64,000 nucleotides of DNA, taken from NCBI GenBank assembly GCA_038234075.1, contig JBBSUV010000001.1, positions 6,070-70,069 on the forward strand. Direction: 5' to 3'. Under the pieces are notes generated by a model. The model did not search any database. It was not told the DNA's origin and saw nothing but the letters and a program-made list of their open reading frames with translations. Below, piece after piece: positions 58,571 through 64,000 of the stretch (its first letter is position 1; every line of letters begins with the position of its first letter). Both the position numbers and the translations under genes were made by a program. This DNA comes from Flavobacteriales bacterium (lineage in GTDB: Bacteria; Bacteroidota; Bacteroidia; Flavobacteriales_F; PHOS-HE28).

Positions 58571-58612
58571 CTCAGGGTTAACCGCAGATGAACGCAGATG
58601 GACGCAGATGGG
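58571..58612. repeat. Three helically phased CGCAGATG decamers (member C of the family) upstream of pssA
   Basis: ctcagggttaaccgcagatgaacgcagatggacgcagatgggtcacag. The 5' flank CTCAGGGTTAACCGCAGATG is shared with element A at 12635. Confidence 0.8.
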
Positions 58613-58700
58613 TCACAGGTTCCGGGACCAGGTCGGTTGAACCCTTGCTCATGTTGCCTTTTCATTGCTGTCCGACTGAACTGTAATTTGCAATAGCACC

Positions 58701-59435
58701 GTGCGCCTCCCCCGTTTACCCGACCTGTTGACCACCGCGAACCTATGTTGCGGAGTGGCCTCCATTTTATTGGCCTCCAGAGGACAATTGACGATCGCAT
58801 GTTGGTTGATCTTCCTAGCCGCGCTTTTTGACGTGTTCGACGGACTGGCGGCACGGGCGTTGGGCGGGGGCACACCGCTGGGCGCACAACTGGACAGCTT
58901 GGCTGATATGGTGAGCTTCGGGGTGGCACCGGCCTATGCCATCTGGGCCATCACCGCCCCTGCCCTGCAACTTGACCTACTCCTGATCGGTGCAGCCGTC
59001 GGCTGCATCTGCATCGCCTCTGCTTGGCGTCTGGCCAAGTTCAATGTGGATACGCGGCAGAGTGCCGGCTTCCTTGGCCTGGCCACCCCGGCCAATGGCC
59101 TGTTCTGGGTGAGTATCGTGCTCGTCGGCGTGGACAGTGGTGTGCCGGGGAACGCAGCTGCCCACGCTCTGGGCTCCTTGACCAACCAGCTGTTGGGGAC
59201 GTCCATCGCCATCTTCGCCATCGCACTATTGCTCGGCATTCTCATGGTTTCCGAACTCCCCCTTCCCAGCCTTAAGTTCAAGCATGGCGGCTGGAAAGGC
59301 AACGAAGTGGTATTCCTATTGATAGGCCTTGGAGTGCTTCTGGTGCTGCTTTATGGGATCCTTGCCGTTCCTTTGTTACTGATCTTTTACGTGCTCAGCC
59401 CTCTTTGGGGCAAGCTCTTTCCCAAGACGACATGA
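58701..59435 (+). CDS. pssA: CDP-diacylglycerol--serine O-phosphatidyltransferase (CDP-alcohol phosphatidyltransferase family)
   Basis: Motif D-G-x2-A-R...G...G-x3-D-x3-D (FDVFDGLAARALGGGTPLGAQLDSLADMVSFG). 244-aa membrane protein. Confidence 0.8.
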   Translation: MRLPRLPDLLTTANLCCGVASILLASRGQLTIACWLIFLAALFDVFDGLAARALGGGTPLGAQLDSLADMVSFGVAPAYAIWAITAPALQLDLLLIGAAVGCICIASAWRLAKFNVDTRQSAGFLGLATPANGLFWVSIVLVGVDSGVPGNAAAHALGSLTNQLLGTSIAIFAIALLLGILMVSELPLPSLKFKHGGWKGNEVVFLLIGLGVLLVLLYGILAVPLLLIFYVLSPLWGKLFPKTT

Positions 59436-59686
59436 AAACCTTCCATGCCTCCATTAATGTGATGCCCCATGACAACCTGCTGGACCCGCAAGGGAAGGCC
59501 GTCAGCGGGAGCATGAAGAACCTGGACCTGGCCGAGATCACCGGCGTGCGCATCGGCAAGCATATCACCCTGCAAGTGGAGGCTAAGGACAAGAAGACCG
59601 CCGAGGCCAAGGTGGACCAAGCCTGCAAGAAACTCCTCGCCAACATGGTGATGGAGAAGTACAGCTTCTCGGTGACGGAAGGTTGA
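59432..59686 (+). CDS. purS: Phosphoribosylformylglycinamidine synthase subunit PurS
   Basis: 84 aa, beginning MKTFHASINVMPHDNLLDPQGKAV..., typical of PurS. ATGA overlap with pssA. Confidence 0.75.
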   Translation: MKTFHASINVMPHDNLLDPQGKAVSGSMKNLDLAEITGVRIGKHITLQVEAKDKKTAEAKVDQACKKLLANMVMEKYSFSVTEG

Positions 59687-59822
59687 GAGATCCTGAGCTC
59701 AGGTTCCGCTTCGCGAGATCCTGAGGGAGATCTCCTTCCGCCCATCAGCTCTTTCAACGCCAACTGCGTTCCATCCGCATTTCTCTGCGCCCCAGCGCCT
59801 CTGCGTCCAAACAGTGTCCGCC

Positions 59823-60425
59823 CTATTTCCCACAATCACACGGCTGGGAGAAGTAGATCTTCACCGAAGGAAGCAGGGCCGTGATCCGGTCCATCTCGTC
59901 CTGTGAGAATTGGATCACGCGCACGTCCATGAAACGCAGGGCTTTCATGCCACTGATCTCGTCCGGGAATTCGCCGAGGTCATTGCTCCAGAGATCCAGC
60001 GAGAAGAGCTCCTTCAGGCTACCCATGCATGTGGGCAAGCCTTCGATGTGGTTCTGGTGCATATCGAGCCGCTTCAGGTGCTTCCACTGGCACACGCTGT
60101 TGGGGATCTTGGTGAACTTGTTCCTCCCCGCGCTGAACTCCTGCATGTACTGCAGTTCGTTCATCCATCCGGGCAGGTCCTTCAGCTTGTTGCGGCCGAG
60201 GTCGAGTGCATTGAGGTTCTTCAATTGGCGGATCTCCTCGGGCACCACCTTCAGCTTCTTGTGTGAAAGGTCGAGGCGGTAAACGCTGTCCGGGTTTTGG
60301 AGCGCACGATCCAAGCTTCGGTAGGTGCGGACGGTATCCAGTGCGATCTGCGGCAACAGCTGGGCCTGCACGGCACCACCGATGAGCAAGAGAAAAAGCA
60401 GGAACAGGGACTTCCGCATGGTCAA
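59823..60425 (-). CDS. Secreted leucine-rich-repeat (LRR) protein
   Basis: Signal peptide, then repeated LxxLxLxxNxL units (LKNLNALDLGRNKLKDLP; LKRLDMHQNHIEGLP; LFSLDLWSNDLGEFP). 200 aa. Confidence 0.6.
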   Translation of the reverse strand: MTMRKSLFLLFLLLIGGAVQAQLLPQIALDTVRTYRSLDRALQNPDSVYRLDLSHKKLKVVPEEIRQLKNLNALDLGRNKLKDLPGWMNELQYMQEFSAGRNKFTKIPNSVCQWKHLKRLDMHQNHIEGLPTCMGSLKELFSLDLWSNDLGEFPDEISGMKALRFMDVRVIQFSQDEMDRITALLPSVKIYFSQPCDCGK

Positions 60426-61360
60426 ATATCGCGAAGAGCGTGCAGTGCGTCCATTTTATCCTGTGCGATCCGTTCTTTCATGACTTCCATGGTCTCGAAG
60501 CGCAGTTCATCCCGCAACCGGTGGTGTAAACGCACCGTTATGGCTTCACCGTATATGTCCCGGTCCAAGCCGAAGAGATTGGCCTCCACGGTGCGTTCCC
60601 CATTCTCCTCCACGGTGGGGCGCACGCCGATGTTCATCATGCCCTTGAACTCACCCTGTTCGGTGGTGGCCGTGATGGCATAGACACCGTTTCCGGGAAC
60701 GAGCTTATAGGGATCGATACCACCGATGTTGGCCGTGGGCCAGCCGATGATGCGGCCGAGCTGCTTCCCTTTCACGACAACGCCGCTGAGCATGTAAGGA
60801 TAGCCAAGCAAAGCCTGCGCCAAGCCCACCTCTCCAGCCTCCAGCGCCTCACGGATCTTCGTGCTGCTCACCTTCACATGGTCGACCTCCTGTGCGGGGA
60901 TCTCCTCTACCATGAAGTCGTATGCTTCGCCGAGCTGGCGCAATAGGTCGATATCGCCTTCCCGGTTACGCCCGAATCGATGGTCATAGCCGATCACCAC
61001 CGCATGGATCCGGAGCTGATCCACTAAGAGGTCGCGCACATATTCCAACGCATGCATCCGGCTGAACGAGCGTGAAAAGGGCACTACAAGAAGGTGGTCC
61101 AAGCCGGCCTTTTCCAGCAGGTGCTGCTTTTCTGCCGGTGTGTTCAGCAGGCGCAGGTCGTTATCATTCGGGTAGAGCACCATCCGTGGATGGGGATGGA
61201 AAGTGAACAGGACGCTTTCCCCGCCTTCACGCTTCGCCACCGCTCGCAGGCGGTCCAGGATCACTTGATGTCCCAGATGGACACCATCGAAAGTGCCCGT
61301 GGTGAGCACGGGACGCCTTATCCCTTCGAAACCTGCAAAGTCGGTGTGGATCTTCATCAT
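60422..61360 (-). CDS. ribF: Bifunctional riboflavin kinase / FMN adenylyltransferase
   Basis: N-terminal GTFDGVHLGHQ nucleotidyltransferase motif and a C-terminal riboflavin kinase domain. 312 aa. Confidence 0.9.
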   Translation of the reverse strand: MMKIHTDFAGFEGIRRPVLTTGTFDGVHLGHQVILDRLRAVAKREGGESVLFTFHPHPRMVLYPNDNDLRLLNTPAEKQHLLEKAGLDHLLVVPFSRSFSRMHALEYVRDLLVDQLRIHAVVIGYDHRFGRNREGDIDLLRQLGEAYDFMVEEIPAQEVDHVKVSSTKIREALEAGEVGLAQALLGYPYMLSGVVVKGKQLGRIIGWPTANIGGIDPYKLVPGNGVYAITATTEQGEFKGMMNIGVRPTVEENGERTVEANLFGLDRDIYGEAITVRLHHRLRDELRFETMEVMKERIAQDKMDALHALRDI

Positions 61361-61630
61361 ACGACCAGGATCCTTGGAGCATGTCCGAAGGGCCTAGTGG
61401 AGCACAAAGCTCGGAAGCATACCCCTTATCCCGGCAAATGGGTTTGGGGAACAACCCATCCATCCTGTTGATGAACATGTGCTCCGGCGCCTTCAACCAT
61501 GCCTGAACCAACTGATGTCCAATTCATTGGCCTGTATGGGCATGGAACGGATCATCAACGATCCTTTCACGTTCGGGGAAGTAGCTCTACCTTCGCGCCC
61601 GCAAAAACAGGGCATCTGCCCTTCCATTAG

Positions 61631-63142
<1,512 letters not shown>

Positions 63143-63215
63143 TAGTTGCAGTTGGCAGTCAGCAGCAGCAGTTGGCAGCAGTCCGATCACCAATCACCAG
63201 CCACCGATCACCAAG

Positions 63216-63452
63216 ATGGAACTTCAGATCATCACTCCCGACCAGGAACTCTTCAAGGGCCAGGCCAAGAGCGTTATCGTGCCCGGCGTGGACGGCAGCA
63301 TGGGTTTCTTGAATAACCACGCACCCTTGATCACCGTGCTGAAGGCCGGTGATGTAAAGGTGACCTTGCTCGACAACAAGGTGCAGGTCTTCACCCTGAA
63401 AGGCGGTGTTGTTGAAGTGAGCCACAACAAAGTGATCGTGCTGGCGGAGTGA
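63216..63452 (+). CDS. atpC: F0F1 ATP synthase subunit epsilon (short form)
   Basis: 78-aa beta-sandwich-only epsilon (ITPDQELFKGQAKSVIVPGVDGSMGFLNNHAPLIT), directly after atpD. Confidence 0.85.
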   Translation: MELQIITPDQELFKGQAKSVIVPGVDGSMGFLNNHAPLITVLKAGDVKVTLLDNKVQVFTLKGGVVEVSHNKVIVLAE

Positions 63453-63470
63453 TATTCCTCAATGCTTTTT

Positions 63471-63512
63471 TGAACGGCGCTCTCCGATCCGGTGGGCGCC
63501 GTTCTCTTTTAT
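63471..63512 (+). terminator. Rho-independent terminator after atpC
   Basis: gaacggcgc ... gcgccgttc: perfect 9-bp stem, followed by tctttta. Confidence 0.7.
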
Positions 63513-63588
63513 GCCTTGCGTGAACCTTTCACGGAGCACCGTGTACAGCGATTTATCCCCACCGATGGGGGTAGCTTCGCACCGATCA

Positions 63589-64000
63589 AATCCTCCCATG
63601 AAGATCAGCCACTTCTGCGCTTTACTTCTGTCCTACTTCTTTGCCATCACCACACATGCGGCAGAAGTGGAAAAGCCTGTTACCAGCACCGTTACATCCG
63701 CCAAGGTCTTCCTCCGTGGAGCACAAGTGGAGCGCACGGCCAAGGCCACGGTGAATGCGGGCAGCGGCACCATCATCTTCACCGGACTGGCGCAAGGGTT
63801 GGATCCGCAGAGTCTGCAAGTGACAGGCAAGGGCGCATATAGCATCCTCTCGGTGTCGCACCGGATCAATTACCTCACGGAAAGCCCGAACAAGAAAGAA
63901 GTGGATGACCTACGATCCAGCATCTTGGTGAAACAACACGACATCAATGCGGAGAACAATGCCAAAGGCGTGTGGGACCAAGAAGAGCAGTTCTTGCTGA
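63589..64000 (+). CDS. Secreted protein, DUF4139-like N-terminus (partial, continues past the window end)
   Basis: ATG at 63589. MKISHFCALLLSYFFAITTHA signal peptide, and the frame is open to the window edge. Confidence 0.4.

Noticed and set aside
59687-59822. Cluster of perfect palindromes CCTGAGCTCAGG and GGAGATCTCC, plus direct repeat GAGATCCTGAG, between purS and the LRR gene
   Set aside because: Probably convergent transcription-termination hairpins. Too short and isolated to call a distinct element, though they could be restriction-modification target-like sites.

Overview
This window is a high-GC (about 60-65%) chromosomal segment with the gene content of a gliding, pigmented member of the Bacteroidota. 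Genes are densely packed and often overlap by ATGA. Many start codons in the supplied ORF track are GTG/TTG rendered as M, so true starts are frequently downstream. The many long ORFs antisense to real genes are GC-rich shadow ORFs. In order, the window contains:

- **T9SS/gliding block (1-9844):** porV (partial, minus) and porU (C25-like sortase, minus), then a divergent PorP/SprF-family gene, gldJ and murF on the plus strand. This matches the porV-porU-gldJ-murF neighbourhood of Flavobacterium johnsoniae as recalled from memory.
- **Island (9937-11384):** a 3' remnant of a tyrosine recombinase followed by a roughly 1.2 kb AT-rich island carrying two small foreign-looking ORFs (a membrane protein and a DUF1801 protein).
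- **Housekeeping genes:** acyl-CoA dehydrogenase, anmK, a Glu/Leu/Phe/Val-type dehydrogenase, exbB-exbD-tonB, folC, and two tandem tRNA-Val genes.
- **Pigment/photoprotection block:** a DUF2029-like membrane protein; an ECF sigma factor and a terminator; then crtI-crtB-idi-photolyase, a small ORF, an SRPBCC protein, crtZ, crtY (lycopene cyclase domain), a SAM methyltransferase and a PduO-type cobalamin adenosyltransferase.
- **secA and a repair operon:** a DUF2795 gene, secA and a convergent TonB-C-domain gene. Then a four-gene ligase-associated DNA damage response operon (MBL exonuclease, ATP-dependent DNA ligase, Lhr-like DEXH helicase, PdeM phosphoesterase).
- **Minus-strand block:** comM, gmhA, dsbD with a stand-alone DsbD-N-like gene, tilS and pabB.
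- **Second T9SS module:** a secreted T9SS-CTD protein, a polytopic membrane protein and lnt. Then a second very large C25-like T9SS-CTD protein whose start overlaps the stop of the PorV/PorQ-family outer-membrane gene just upstream of it on the minus strand.
- **Window end:** pssA-purS, an LRR protein, ribF, atpD-atpC and the start of a DUF4139-like gene.

Non-coding signal is unusually rich. It includes a (GGGTTAC)n array able to form a G-quadruplex between porU and porV. It also includes a dispersed family of tandem CGCAGATG decamers in three divergent promoter regions, and a 145-bp inverted-repeat element built from tandem CACGGAG octamers. Short GGTGATC-type repeats abut start and stop codons, and a 14-bp palindromic motif sits on both sides of murF. 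No CRISPR array and no rRNA were seen.
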